Source: Tubiluchus corallicola
Lineage: Eukaryota > Animalia > Priapulida
Direction: 5' to 3'
DNA length: 64,000 bases
Assembly: GCA_030141605.1 (NCBI GenBank)
Contig: JAQGDQ010000265.1
Location: forward strand, 186,001 to 250,000
Under the pieces are notes generated by a model. That model was not told the DNA's origin, did no database searches, and worked only from the letters and a program-made list of their open reading frames with translations. The translations under genes were made by a program, and so were the position numbers. Numbering within the stretch: position 1 is the stretch's first letter; each line of letters begins with the position of its first letter. Below, piece after piece: positions 30,101 through 43,100 of this stretch.

Positions 30101-33100
30101 AAATGGGAAAATGATACATCTGATTACATTTTCATCCAAGATAGGACATGACTCGACACAGCAAATGAAGGGCAGCCATTTAGGGAAAAACTGTACTGAT
30201 TTCAGAATAAAAAAGCTGGCCTTTCTGATCTGGCCCCCAACATCATTTTATTTGGTATTGCACCGCAGAAGAGATGTCCAAAGTTCTGAGCCAAAATCGT
30301 AATTGAAAAGTTACAAGTGAAATGTAGTTTTTATAACCTTCCAGCTTCAACTTCCATTGAACGACATTAATTCAAATATTGGGGCCTAGATATTCTTACA
30401 TTACTCCTGCAAGTAAATCTGAATTCTGTGAATTCTATAATGGTTCAACCATTATCCAATTAACCAAAAACTACTTGAATTCTCAAGCTATTTTTATTTT
30501 ACAATTTAAAGGTAGTTGTGTGTCTCTAAAACTAAGGATGCTAGCATGATTGCAGCTAACATCCAACTCTCAGGAAACAGTCGTACGGCTGCTGTAATCC
30601 ACAAAACCTGCCAGAACGACAGGCAAAATGGCAACAACTGCACAAAATGCTCTACCACAAGTGTAACGCTAAATGGTCACTTACACAGAGCAAATAGCTG
30701 ACTGACTTGTGGTTATGACTTAAAGAAACTGTGAAAAAAATCAGGCCGACAATAAAAATATCTCTGTTTCTGTCGAATCGCCTAGGTAATATTTTTTTAT
30801 TGCACACCTAGCCGGGAATTTGATAAAAAAAATTTTTGTACGTTCATATACTTACTTGATATAATCATATAAAAGCGCATTTTTTTAAATTTAAAATCTA
30901 AATGCGATGACTATTATAACATCATTCTTTCGAGGGACGCAGGAACCAACCATGTTTTCCTATACCTAACTCTTGGCCTGTGTTGCCATTTTGTATTATG
31001 CTCATCGTACAGGAGGTTAAACAGTATCGAAATTTCTGCCAAATCTGTGTATTAATGACCGAGTAGTGTTGCCGCTTATACCATAATTATCAGAACATTC
31101 GTTCATGATACAAAAGAGACTGTACGATAATCGGCAATTAAACGATAATTTAAAAATGAGAAACAAAAAACAAAGCATGAAAAAATTTCAAAACATTACT
31201 GCTAACCAGTGGGAACTAAACAAACTTTGATCCTCCCTCACTAACGAGCTCATGAGGTAAGACAAAAACATTTTTTTTCCAAATCAAATCAAATCAATTT
31301 TTTGTGGCCGACCTCAGCTATTTTACTGTTTGCATTCAATTTACATTTATAGTGACAACGAAAACAGTTTTCAATGCATTTCTTAGTTGAAAATACGTAT
31401 TTGAATGTCTTATCTAAACCTTTAAATATTCCAAAACTAGTACAATAACTAGGTCTTAGAAACATACCTCAACATTATCTAAACGTATTTCTGCATTGTC
31501 TCGTTCGGACTTCAACTCCAGTTCAACATTTAGAAGAGCAATTTTTGGATTTTCGTATTTCTTCGGCTGCATTTCAAAACCAGCATAGGAAAATGTTTTC
31601 TTGAAAGCCACGCCAGCTATAAGCTGTGAGTCCTACAAGAAGAAATAATGTAAGTAATAAGACCAAACATATAAGATGCAAAGTATTTTCCATAACTTTG
31701 AGAAATTTATTGTAAACTATTCACACTACACTTGGATAATCAGCATCATAATCTAAAGTGCAACAAATGTAGATTTTAAGTGTTTGTATAATAATATACT
31801 AAGTAAGAAAATAGAAGACACAAATATTGAAATATCACACTTGGTGATAATGTCTCCTATATATATAAAACATTCTTTAAAAATGACATTTTAATAAGAA
31901 CTGTAAAAGTGAAATTCCATTCTGCACAGTATTTGTTACAGGATAACAAAAAAACAATGGATGAGACATTACCTCTAATGATCCTCCAGTAATTTTCTTT
32001 ATTCCGATCATGTTCAAGGGTAGCAACGTATCGAGGTGATTTACCGCATCCACGACCATTTTTGAGAAGAACTCTTTCTGCCGTGCAATCAGTTTTGAGC
32101 TGAGTGATGTTGCAGCACATCTCATTAGTAGCTTATTCTGCTCACTAAAATAGAACGGCATGTAAATTTGCTGTTATGCACTTCAACACGGAGAAACCCT
32201 TACACTGTGTTGCTATTAATCAAACATTAAAACCAGCATTCTTTGTAGCTTTCACATTTGGTTTACCTTGGAAAAATCATACATCATGTTTTCACTGATT
32301 AGTTGGAATCACCAGAGTTATGAATCACAATTTGTAGTTAGGACCCTAATGAAGCAAACACGAACAGCAAAGTACGATGCCAAAATTTATTATGACTTTA
32401 TGAGACACTCGGACTAGTCATTAACAGGCCTAGTTTCAAACAAGTAGGAGAATTACTAGTTGGACTAGCAACTATAATTGACTATATTAAAGACTTACCT
32501 AGGATCACCAGCCGCAATGGCAACAGCGATTTCTCTGATTCTATCCACTGCCTGCAAAATTGACACATTAAATCATTTGAACTTATTCAGCTTACTATGC
32601 TTCAAAATTCTACTAAGCAATAGAAAACAAATGTTGGTAACTATTAACTAATTAGATAATTTTTATACAAATTTGGAAACAACTGATTACAACTGTAAGA
32701 CAACTGTAGAGCTTCCTAACTGCTTTACAAGCTGAGCCATGGTCATTTTTCAAATAACCAAAAACATGTTACATAAACAAGAACAACAACAATGGCACAG
32801 CAAAACAGACCTCCAACTATAAGTTACTTTGCAATAACTATTCAGTTGACTGAATACAGCAGGGATGTAAAAATTTATTACACGAATGAGAACAACATCA
32901 TAGTGAAACAGACCTTTAGCAAGTAACCAAAATGAACTCACCATTTGTGCAGCTTTACGATACGATCGTACAATCACTTGTGGGTGAACAGATTCCTCAA
33001 CGAATGGTTTAGCTTGTTTTAAGAACTCGGCGGCTAAAAGCACAACAGATGTTGTACCATCACCAACCTGAAAATAATGTCTGATAAATTTATATGATCA

Positions 33101-36100
33101 GCAAGTATGTTCAAACTACATTCAAATGAGCAAAGCCAGATCACCAGATTCCATGGAACAAGCGCAGCCAATCCTAGTGACTTACCACGATCCTACATTT
33201 TGCAGAATCGATTGTGAGCCAAACAACCAACTTATCTGTACCCTGGGATACTCATACACGTCAATTTATTTTATTATTATTTCTTTTAAAAACAGCAAAC
33301 ATATAACCTCGGCATCTTGAGATTTCGCAATGTCGACTAACGTCTTAGCAGCAGGGTGCACAACATCCAATACTTTCATAATGGTTGCCCCATCATTCGA
33401 TATGGTCGTCTTTCCTAAAGACAATAAGAGTATGTTATAAAATGTTTTAAGTGCTTGCTGGCTAATTTTAACTGTGAGTGAACTATACTGTGCATATCAC
33501 ACAAGCTTATTATGAACAAGTATGAAAACAATCTTTCAATGATAGAACTCAATTCGCAACTTAGAAAAATGTCCAGGATATACTTATTTTAGTGATTTAA
33601 AAAGATTCTTTTGAATCTTTAAAAACGTGAAACACATTATGTCTACCACTTGGTACTTGTGTAAAAGCATGTGAAGATGGAATAAGTTTAAAAGCCTGTT
33701 TAAAGATCAAGTCTTATTATTAAGTTAAGGCAAAATTTAAAATAATTAAATTGCATACTGTTATTATCAACTATCAGCTTGTCCATTCCACGTGGTCCAA
33801 GTGTCGTTCGCACTGCATCGGCAATAATCTGACATGCATTGATGTTTGAAATAAGCTGTGGCTTTCCCTGAGATGTATCTGTTCCTTCCTTGAGCAGAAT
33901 TATCTGTGGCTGCTAGAAAAAAAACAACATGCCAGGCAAATAAATGTAATTTATAACAAAGTAAAATGATTAAGTCAGTGAAACACGATTATGTCATACA
34001 ATGAAATCCTTACTTCAAAAGTTACAAGTGCACTAGAACGTAAAATGTTGTTAGCATACCCTTCTCAACATATGAGGCACTAACAATATCATTTACTGCT
34101 GTTCAGCACACTAGCCCATGTATCACACTTGCACTACAGTGTACCTACAAAATGGCTGGAAAACAAGTGCAGTATACGGGCTGCCCAGGTTCCGCACTGA
34201 ATTTCATTATACGTGAATTTTATTAATTAATCAAAATTTTAGGCAAACTTTACTTGTAAAGCGTTGTGGCATACAAACTTGGTGCACTTGACTACCTTTA
34301 ATGTTGTTTTATTTATGCGTACATTGCATAATTCAATTATCCAAAAACTTGATTATATTTATTTTGCCTGACCCCATACAATGACAATAAGGGTAGCCAC
34401 ACAAAAAAATTGATCTGTCTTACCTTATGAGCTCAAAAGATGTCAGTAGGGAGGAAAATTTTTTTTATAAAAAATTGTTCAATTTTTTTAAAGCTTTGTG
34501 AATGTTTAAAGCTGAATCGTGGAATATTTAAAATCAGCTGTTGAAATCAAAATTTGTTTATTTCCCACTGGATAGCAGTAATGTTTCAAATTTTTTCAAT
34601 GTACATTTTTCATGCTTTGTTTTTTAGTTTCGCATTACTAAATTATTGTATAATTATCGATTATTGTATAGCTTCTTTTTGTATCAAGAATGTGTATGTT
34701 CAGATAGTTATGGTATAAATGGCAACACCACTCGGCCGTTAATACACCGATTTTGCTGAAAATTCCATACTTTTTAGTCCTGCATTCCCCGATAGAACGA
34801 TATTATAATAATTATTGCGTTTTACGTTTAAAATTAAAAAAATACGTTTTATATGACTGCGTCAATTAAGTAAAAATGATAAAGTTTCCGGCTGGGTGCA
34901 CGATAAAAAATATTACCAGTGTGATTAGATGGAAACAGAAGTACTTTTATTGTTGGTCTAATGTAGTGCTTTTATAATAACAACAATAATAAATCACAGC
35001 AAAGTAACATAGCTAGGCCTATTTCTTTTAATAGTATGCTTGCTGACAAAATGAAAACTCAAAAGTTCACAACAACTGTCCCAGATTTAAAAATAACTGG
35101 GAGTAAAACTGTCTGTGAGTAAGAAATAGTCTGCAAATTACATAGTCATTTTTTATGCAACTTGTGCACTCACCAGGCCTCTATGTCATTTTACTCTGTT
35201 TTTGCATTTGCATCCCATCATGGGAAATTCTTTAGCATCAGCTTGTAATGAATAGTAATAGGTTTGTGAAAAGGTCTTCCACATTTATGTCTTCGAAATT
35301 TTTACATTTCTAATAAAATTTGTTTAAACTCTATCCCCTTTTTGATCTCAATTTTTTATTCTATTTAGTTCAACTTTTAAAATTTAGCAATGAAGGCGCT
35401 GTTCAGCCAAAAAAAGGAAAACAATCAGTAACTAAAAACGCCAAGCAGTTAATAATGCTGTATATATATTGATAATAATGAAAACAGCGTTTACAATAAT
35501 CTGTGAAAAATAAATGAATGTTTAAAATTGTGAATTAAATGTTGGTATTCTTACTTCATGTATAGCCAAACACATTTAACACAAATGCCTGACCTAGACT
35601 TTTTTTATTTACAATCTAATACACATTATATAATTTGATGGTAAATATTAGTTGTAGGGCCATGAAACTTCTAATTCCTGTGAAGCGGAATGAAACGGAA
35701 TTAACGATTTTTTGAAACAGAATTTGGTTCATTTGGAAATGGAAAATCAGTGCTGTACACTTATATGAAACAAAAATTGTACAAAAGTGCATTTGGCTTG
35801 CCAAATCATCCAATTTTGTGAATTATAATATTCCCATCACACACAATTAATGCATGAGTCATACCGTATATGCTCGCATATACGCCGAATTTAGAACTAT
35901 AAAATACAATACTGAAATCAGGGGGTCGACTGATATGCGCATGAAACAAAATGAACACAAGGACAGACACTAATGCCAATTTTCCAGCCACACATTTTCA
36001 TCGCTATCTGACTCTTTATTTGGTTGTGGAGGGGGATCGTGGGAGATTGCCATCTACCCACTTTTTTGTTTAGAAAAATTCACATTTCAATAAATGTCTG

Positions 36101-39100
36101 CTTTTTGTATTCATTTGATAAAAAATATTAAAAATGTATACGAGTTTAATATTAAATCTACTTGTTTTCATTTTTTCAAAAAACGGTTTTAAATAATGTC
36201 AATTTCTTTCAAATTTGTGAATGTAAAATGGTAAGTCTTGAGACTAGCCGTCCACCTACTTTTTATTTAGCAATACACCACTGTGTGTTACCAGTTGCAA
36301 GCCGTAACCGAGCTAGAGCTAGTGGTGAAGCTGACGTCATCGGTACACGGTTTGATTTCTTAGAAATAACACGCTCAAACAAAGGGGGCCGAAGAGGGAA
36401 ATCAGAGGCAGCCAATTGGTAGGCAGCGCGGGGGGAGACGAGGGTCACGTGGCTTATAGGTGACAAAAAGGGATCAATTTTGTTGATTGGGTATGGAGTA
36501 AAATTAGACAAGTTGATGGTCGGCTTATATACGGGTTTTTCGCAAAAACTGGCCATTTTAAAGCAGTTTTAGGGGGTCGGCTTATATGCAGGCTTATATG
36601 CGAGTATGTACGGTAATATGCAAAAGACTGGGAGGTAAAAAAATAGTTCACCAGGCTGTGAACTTCAATGAACAGACCTTAACACTTAGAAGAGGCAAAT
36701 TAAATACTACAATAATCCAGGCTCGGAAACCCTTTGCAGACTGACGAATGTAATCCGCGAGACACTTCTTCTTCTGACAAAGGGAGACAAATTTTTACTT
36801 AAAATTCTGTTTCGAAAAATTTTAATAGAAAAGGTTTTGATATTTTCCTCTCTTTATTAGCAAGGATGACAAAACTATTCACATTCTAATAATTATAAAA
36901 GTTACACCATAATTATTGCTTGAGGTAATATTTTTTCTGAGCACATGTATATGCTGCATTTTGTCTCTACGTATACTGTCGTACTCAAAAACATGGCAAC
37001 GGTAGAATGTCTAGGTGTAAATTTATACATGTCCATCTGCACTACAAGTTACTGTGACAATCTCATTTTACAAGTCAGCCTGCTGCTATGAAGATGATTT
37101 TATACTGATTTTTGCAGCAGCACAGCTAGCCTATCAACTACCTATCTGCAGTACCAAAATTTCACTAGTTAAAAGCATTATCTTGCTTACTCACTGATAT
37201 GTGGTTGGCTTCAAATAATATTGTTACAGTTACAAATGTACTGGCCCTGCCACTTAGTCACCAACCAGTATAGATTATGCACTAATATCTTAAAAATTTC
37301 AGTGTAATTATCTTTATGACACTCAAAAATACTTCCATCAGTAGTTAAGCAACATACACAAGAAGTGCCCAGATAAGTGAGATACTTTGTAGACATGTTG
37401 TATCCCAGCAACTACGAGTTTATAAATGAATCACTATAGCTATTATAATGTGACGTATTTGGAGAAACTAACTACTTCTACATTGTCGATTTTAAGATCA
37501 TTTTATCACTCAGTTATCAGTCAACTATCGCATAATTCCTTAGCTAAAAAATTTACGGCAAAAATAAATTGAAATCAATTATCCATACCCAATGTTTAAG
37601 GCTAGAGAGATGTCCATGGATCACCTGTAATGCCTGTTCTCTACTAGCCTTTAAGATACAAGGAACTTTTTGTGATAGCACTCATGTTCCAAATTTCTTT
37701 TAACGTTACAGTTTTGCTGCTCAAACCATTCTAGCTGTTGAGTAATCGAACGCTGAAGGCATATTTCCTTACATCCTTACTAGAAGAGGACTAGACGATC
37801 CTCGGATGGTGAAAACCTGTTGTTCAATCACACTCAAAGACGTTCAGGGACAGAAGTGCACATTTTCGAAAAGTTGCGCTCAGCAAATCAATTTTCTAAC
37901 AGTAACATAATGCGACAAAATGATTTTGGAACATTCTCCAAGAGCAAACAATGAGTGTGAATAATGAGAAACCCCTGTCAGAGATACGAAAGAAGGCCAA
38001 AATGATTACATTTATATTAATGGCCTCGGTCACAGTTACATGAGGGCTATACAGTAAACAGTATGCTTACATTAACATTAAGCAATGGGCAAGTTTACCA
38101 GGTGATTTAGATAGTCTTCAATGATGTACTAGAGATTGGCTGCTTGACTTTCATCCTGCTAAATGTTCAATAGTAAAGCTGAGGCATAATAAGTCTGATG
38201 GAACTTACCATATAATTAGTGAAAACCCTAAGAGAGAGGACCACGTTATGCATGAAGTTGACTATGTAAGCGATCTTGATATATCAATTGATAACAACCT
38301 CTCCTTTAAACAGCACATTGGTACCAAAAGCTAATAGGAATTGACAGTTGTGCAACGTTTTTGTATTTATCTTGATAAGGACATCATGCTTAAACTGTTC
38401 TGTGGACTTATCTGCCCGGTCGTGGAATATGGCCACAGGTCTCCATATCATACAGGCTTGAAAAGGCAAATTGAGCAGCCAAACTGATACCTGGTTTTAA
38501 GGATCTTTCTTACCCCGAACGTTTGCAACAGCTTTCTCTGTCATCGTTAGAATTTTGCGGCTTGCGGGGTGATTTCATTGATACGTTTATATTCATGACT
38601 TTTATATATTAAGCCTATGTTTGCATTACGTGAAGAGCATGCGTCGAGAGGACATCATTATAAAATTTATAAGTAGCAAATTCGCTTAGATGTTAAAAAA
38701 AATTTCTTTTCAAACAGAGTTGTATACACATGGAACTTTTACTGAGTCATGTTGTGGAAGCCGAGTCTGTGAATGCTTTCGATTTGTGATTTGGTAGCTT
38801 CAGGCAAAATGAAATTTTGTTGCATTATTTTACATTACATAACTACATTAATAATAATATTTGTTATACTAACTATGACTATGATGTAACTAACAGTGGT
38901 TGTGTGACACAGCCTATGAATACTCTGTAGATGAGTGATATGGCAACTTTAAAGTTGAAGATAAAGTCTGTGATATTACTGCCGTAGTGCCTCGGACAGA
39001 ATTGCTGCAATATGTTAATTTAATTACGACCGTGAATAATCTGTAAAACTAAAGTAAAGGCCAAAGTCTGTAATAAAACTAACATATATACTATTAATAT

Positions 39101-39617
39101 ACCGTATTTTCCCGTGTATAAGAGACCCTTGTGTATAAGAGACCCCTTCAATTTTTAGGCAAAAATTCTGGAAAAAAGTTTTTTCAGACGGACATTTTTA
39201 GAGGGTAAAGTACAACTTTTTTCAACTCAGTGCGGTACTGAAAACAAAATAAAACCAGTTAATGTGTTGTAGAAAAAGAGTACTGGTATATATTAAAGTG
39301 CGTACCTGCAAACCTGTAACAGGAAAAGAGAAAACGAGGAGATAATGCCTGTGTCACGATGCTTGTATTGCTTACAACCGCTTCATAGTCGAACGCGACA
39401 CGCAAAACAGTTGTAGAGCACTTATTTCTTTAAAATCATTAGTGTCACAATTTATGCATCTTATTGAAAAGACTTACTCCCATGTATAAGAGACCCCCTA
39501 TTTTTAAAGTGAAAATTCTGAGCAAAAAAGGGTCTCTTATACACGGGAAAATACGGTAAGTAAAGCTAACAAATGGTGAATTAAAAAAATGCAGTGATTT
39601 CTGTAACGTACCATCAT
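21109..39617 (-). CDS. CCT7: T-complex protein 1 subunit eta (TRiC/CCT chaperonin), 547 aa, 12 exons
   Basis: Exons 5'->3': 39617-39612 (ATGATG|gtacgt), 33912-33759, 33414-33308, 33067-32942, 32551-32499, 32144-31973, 31632-31468, 29824-29691, 28977-28825, 28661-28510, 26841-26653, 21341-21109; total 1644 nt. Peptides: [89 protein letters not shown]-terminal GRGRGRGRP typical of eta. Confidence 0.97.
23550..24740 (+). CDS. Intronless orphan rhodopsin-like (class A) GPCR, 396 aa, nested antisense in CCT7 intron 11
   Basis: Seven hydrophobic segments. [13 protein letters not shown] (TM2), [14 protein letters not shown] (DRY), TM4 Trp, CCLPY (TM6), NSLLNPLIY (NPxxY), helix 8 [11 protein letters not shown] followed by CC, N-terminal sequons NIS and NST. 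First in-frame ATG is at 23550; the ORF track starts at a TTG (23490). Confidence 0.93.
   Translation: MEVDVLPTLKSVSMVKRHQEENISLPEATSLTNSTSLLMMPAAHQKYIMTQSIVAIAITVTNILALMVFAKFRKNWSVTNYFLVSLSTVDLNFGTVAFIMIVGLVDYSEADGPVYSKIVCIFSGSFLGCLLHITFLTLTFITADRYLAITRPLNYKHEMTVTKAKVMVILSWLYGAVHFAFFTCYAINAGEKLIANCSTELVAPIWYQDFALVETILMIIGMMFAYTRIIAAFRKRINSRVNMNFNTIRQLPAVKKSTLINQMKTTRTALIVLSSTTICCLPYLILKFYEKLGEDTMIKLRLTTARTTGFLLNSLLNPLIYIYGNKDFRQAAKKLVGWDKCCSRTVSDADADANGEQQVTRGATKRQVRIICIPVHIAEASHSHATNTQTIEAWQT
27462..28056. mobile_element. hAT-type non-autonomous element in CCT7 intron 10
   Basis: Imperfect TIRs TAAGGCTGTAGCGATACAT / TAGGCTTGTAACAATACAT and an 8-bp TSD CTATAT(C/T)A. Confidence 0.7.
30742..31400 (+). 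mobile_element. Interspersed ~0.6-kb repeat (Zator-like MITE?), copy 1
   Basis: Blocks aggccgacaataaaa..ggtaatatttttt..gcacacctagccgg and gagctcatgaggtaagaca recur in inverted orientation at ~34330-34960. Ends are approximate and the superfamily is a guess from the GGCC terminus. Confidence 0.55.
34330..34960 (-). mobile_element. Interspersed ~0.6-kb repeat, copy 2 (inverted relative to 30742-31400)
   Basis: Reverse complement contains tagaccaacaataaaa..ggtaatattttttatcgtgcacccagccgg and gagctcataaggtaagaca. Confidence 0.55.
35864..36613. mobile_element. Tc1/mariner-pogo (Tc2-like) non-autonomous element
   Basis: TIRs CCGTA(T/C)AT(G/A)CTCGCATATA(C/A)GCC with TA on both sides. The right end has a tandem ggcttatatgc duplication. 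Confidence 0.75.
38050..38800 (+). mobile_element. Degenerate CR1-clade LINE 3' fragment in CCT7 intron 1
   Basis: Frameshifted CR1 ORF2 motifs: [62 protein letters not shown]. The 5' boundary is uncertain. Confidence 0.8.
39102..39556. mobile_element. pogo/Tc2-type MITE, copy 1 (same ends as 49768-50172)
   Basis: Perfect TIR CCGTATTTTCCCGTGTATAAGAGACCCTT, TA TSD, subterminal GTATAAGAGACCC repeats. Confidence 0.9.
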
Positions 39618-40138
39618 TATTAAGTGTTATCTCGTGCTAATTACTTTCAGTAGTCCAAAATACCTTTCCTACCCTATTCACATTACAAGAATTTGACTGC
39701 AGAAAAGCAAAAATGTGCTTTTCACCAACGATGAGTGATCGTGACAAATCAACGAGGAGTAAAGCACTAACGCGTTTTCACGCAGAATAATTAATGATGA
39801 ATAAAATGTGACGATTTTAGATATTATTAAGAAGCGTTTGCGAAAAATGGATATATTCAGAACAAGTAATAGCACAGTTCTTATATGTAGTTTGGTTATG
39901 GGTTTTCCATAATTTTTACAATTTTTTGAAAATAATTTTCGTTCCTGTTTTTCCATAGACCCTTGCACGTGCAAAACCATTCACGTGTGTGACTCGCGGG
40001 AAGTTGTACCGGGGAACTTGACAAACACGCGGTTTGTGTTTCGAGAATCCGTTGTAGTTACTTGGTGTGAAAGTTTTTGCTAAATTTTGACTTATATTTA
40101 ATTTGCTGAGATATCGCTTTATATAAACTAGACACAAG
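39618..40138. promoter_or_regulatory. Putative bidirectional promoter and 5' UTRs shared by CCT7 and the nucleoplasmin-like gene
   Basis: Divergent ATGs 521 bp apart, locally CpG-richer. CACGTG at 39966-39971 and 39982-39987; E2F-like CGCGGGAA at 39995-40002. Confidence 0.7.
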
Positions 40139-43100
40139 ATGTCCAGATTTAGCAAAGAACATTTTTGGGGTAAGCAGAGCTGCCAACCATTTGACGTAAA
40201 AATGAGTGTGAAACATAGAAAGTCCAGGACTCGTCTCACCCCTGGCAGGGGTCTTGTGGGGGGGGAGGACCAAACTATGCCCAGAAAATTTTTGCTTTTT
40301 GTGTAGCAAAATCAAATACTTGCTTGAGAAATACTTGAAATTGAGGCTAGTGAGCTTTCTTATCCTGTTAGTGAACTTTTTTGAGAGTTCACCATATGCT
40401 GTATTAAAACTATTATAATTATATACAAATGTTCTTTTCTACATATGAATAAAGCTCAATAGCACCCAAAAGTGCTTAATTTTCATTAACTGTAATACCC
40501 TTTAGTGTAATATATACATCGTGAGACTCATGCACACTAATGTGTTATTGAGAGTATTGCTACACTAATTATGTTGTGTTGCTTGGTATGGTGGAAAAGA
40601 AGGCCATTCAAGTCAGTGATTTGTAAACTTAAATGTGAAGTTGTGGAATGTGTGAGAACTGAAATTTGGTGCATGTGCACGTGTTGAAGACTTAAAATGC
40701 GTGCAACACATGCCTAATGCGTAAGAGTTGGTAGGCCTGGGTAAGAGTCAATCAATGAATGAAACAATAAAAAAAGTGTCGAGTGAGCAAACTGGTTATG
40801 TCTGGAGAAGTGTGAGCTGTAGCTTTTTGCTGTGTTATATAAGCTGGACGCAATCTGTCCAAATTTAGCAAAGAACATTTTTCGGGTTAAAGTCGATCAA
40901 TTAATGAAAAAATAAGAAAAGTGTCGAATGTTAATTGTAACGATAGTACTAGTAGCAGCACGCTAATAGTTTCATCTAAAATACGCAAAAGGGTTATCAT
41001 CGTTAGACCGTGTTAGGTAAAAACGTTAATTAGCGGTAAAAGTAAAAAATATAACCTAAATCAAATTTATGATTGCTATCGCTTACATTTAGACTTGTAT
41101 GCATCTTTGTTTACATAGAATTATGATAATTTTTTATAATTTTGTTCTGTGTATTTGTGGTGCAGAAAATATCGGCTCCTGAATCTCTCACTTTTCGTCA
41201 AACTTGAAAGAAATTGGGGTTAGTTAACCTACATGGGCTTACTGTAAGTTGCGATACTATTAAATGTCAGGCAACAGAAATGTCGAAATGATTTCTTCCG
41301 AATAACAAAGTGTGGCTTGTACAATTCTCGAGTTTCGATATTTTTCATGTGGGCAATCCTTGGCATGCCTCATTGAGGGATTCAGTCGATTTATTCACTT
41401 AATTATACTTATTATAAAGTAGATGAATTTTATTTTTTCATAGGTTGTTTGTTATCTTCATCCAGCAGCAAAGAAACTTGGAGCTACAATGGTGATGCAG
41501 CAGAGTCAGATGACGATGAAGAAGATCCTGATTACCTTGATCATTCACTTTACGTTAAACAGGTTTTTGATTCTTAACTTGTGCGTTAACAGTGTATTAA
41601 GTAATTTAAAAAGTAAAGATGTCCTACAGTTTATTTATTAATTAATCATATTTTACCAGATTTTTTTCTAGTTTGGATTTTTGTTGCAAAACTTCACATA
41701 GCTAGATAATTCGGTAACAGGTAACATAACACAACGATTCCATTTCTTCTTGTAATACAACTTCACTTGTAAAGCTATTTGTCACGCTAGTCAATAATCA
41801 TGAGCGGATGACAAATCAAGAGAAAATGTAAAGTTTCATTACAACACAAGCACTGCAAGTTGATCGTTGAAATTTGGTACTAGATAGGGGACTGATTTTT
41901 ATGGGTGTAATCTGTGACTTTGATTCGGTGACAAGGTCATTAGTCATTTGCAATTCAAAAACTGTAAGAAGTTGGGTAAAAGTTCAAATGTATGGTTATA
42001 ATGTAAGACTAGGGATTGAGGTCAAGTTTCATAGATTGTTAGCATCTTGAGTGGCTGGTTCACTTTTTTAGTCACTAACGATTCAAAAAAATAGAGAGAA
42101 CTGGCAGTCAATTTGAGTAATTCAGTACCAGATGTGACATATTTTACCTTTAGTGAACAATCATTGAATAGTGACCTTCATTTACCAGACCACAACTTTA
42201 AGTTTATTTCAAATACAAAATCTGTGAGTAGTCAATCAAATTTGAGGGTTTGTAAGTACCAATTGCAAGAAAGAGTTTAGTAGTACAGTTTGCGGCCTTG
42301 CATAAGTAGTCACAGGTCATTTACAACTCAACAATTGGAAGGACTTGAGTAACTTAGGAGTCGATCACTTGTTGAATGAAACAATTTCTAGCAAATCAGT
42401 TATTGTGCAGGCAAGCGTAAAGCATTTAAACAAAGAAATCAAACCCGAAAAACAACGCAAATCTGTGTCATTTGAATTTTGAAGTCAAAAACAAAAGTTT
42501 AAGTTATCACTGGTCTTGAATGTATGCATTTCTAGGCACTGGAAACACGTCATAATCTATGCTTGCGACTATTAAACTTTACTTTTATGTTTACTGTTTG
42601 AGTTTTAATTTGCAAACTATTCACAATTTTTGTGCAGGCTGTTTTGGGTGCAGGAGCAAAACCTGGTCAAAGAAATTTGGTTGAAGTGGAAACAACAGAC
42701 TATGATGGCAAAATTATTAAAAATGTGATATTTGCTTTGATATCTAGCTCTTCGGAACAGGTTTGTGCTTTGAGAAGTTCAAAAATATGGTTCTTTGAAT
42801 TTTTTTTTTAAAAATTCAATTATGATTTAGCAAAACTAAAATTCAGAAAACTTTGATGTACGTGTAGTAATCTATCTGTGGTAGTGATAACTAGTTGGCT
42901 ATTGGTTCCTGACAACATCAGAAATTGAAGAGATTGCAATGTCTGTCTACTGACATTGTAAATAGATGTCAAAGGTCAGAATACCGCTGTTGTTTTCCCA
43001 CCCAGTGCTACCCATGCTCTGTTAGTTTTGTTACCTCACTTCGAAGTTCATTTGAATTATATAAGGAATTATATAGGAATAACTAGCAAATGACCTTGAC

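Noticed and set aside
36718-37082. Possible CAGGCT-ended hAT element
   Set aside because: Only 6 bp of inverted match and no TSD.
41087-41104. Alternative CCT7 first exon (minus strand ATG CAT ACA AGT CTA AAT|gtaagc), which would make CCT7 overlap the nucleoplasmin gene
   Set aside because: ATGATG|gtacgt at 39617-39612 gives the expected MMQPQIILL start and a non-overlapping head-to-head layout.
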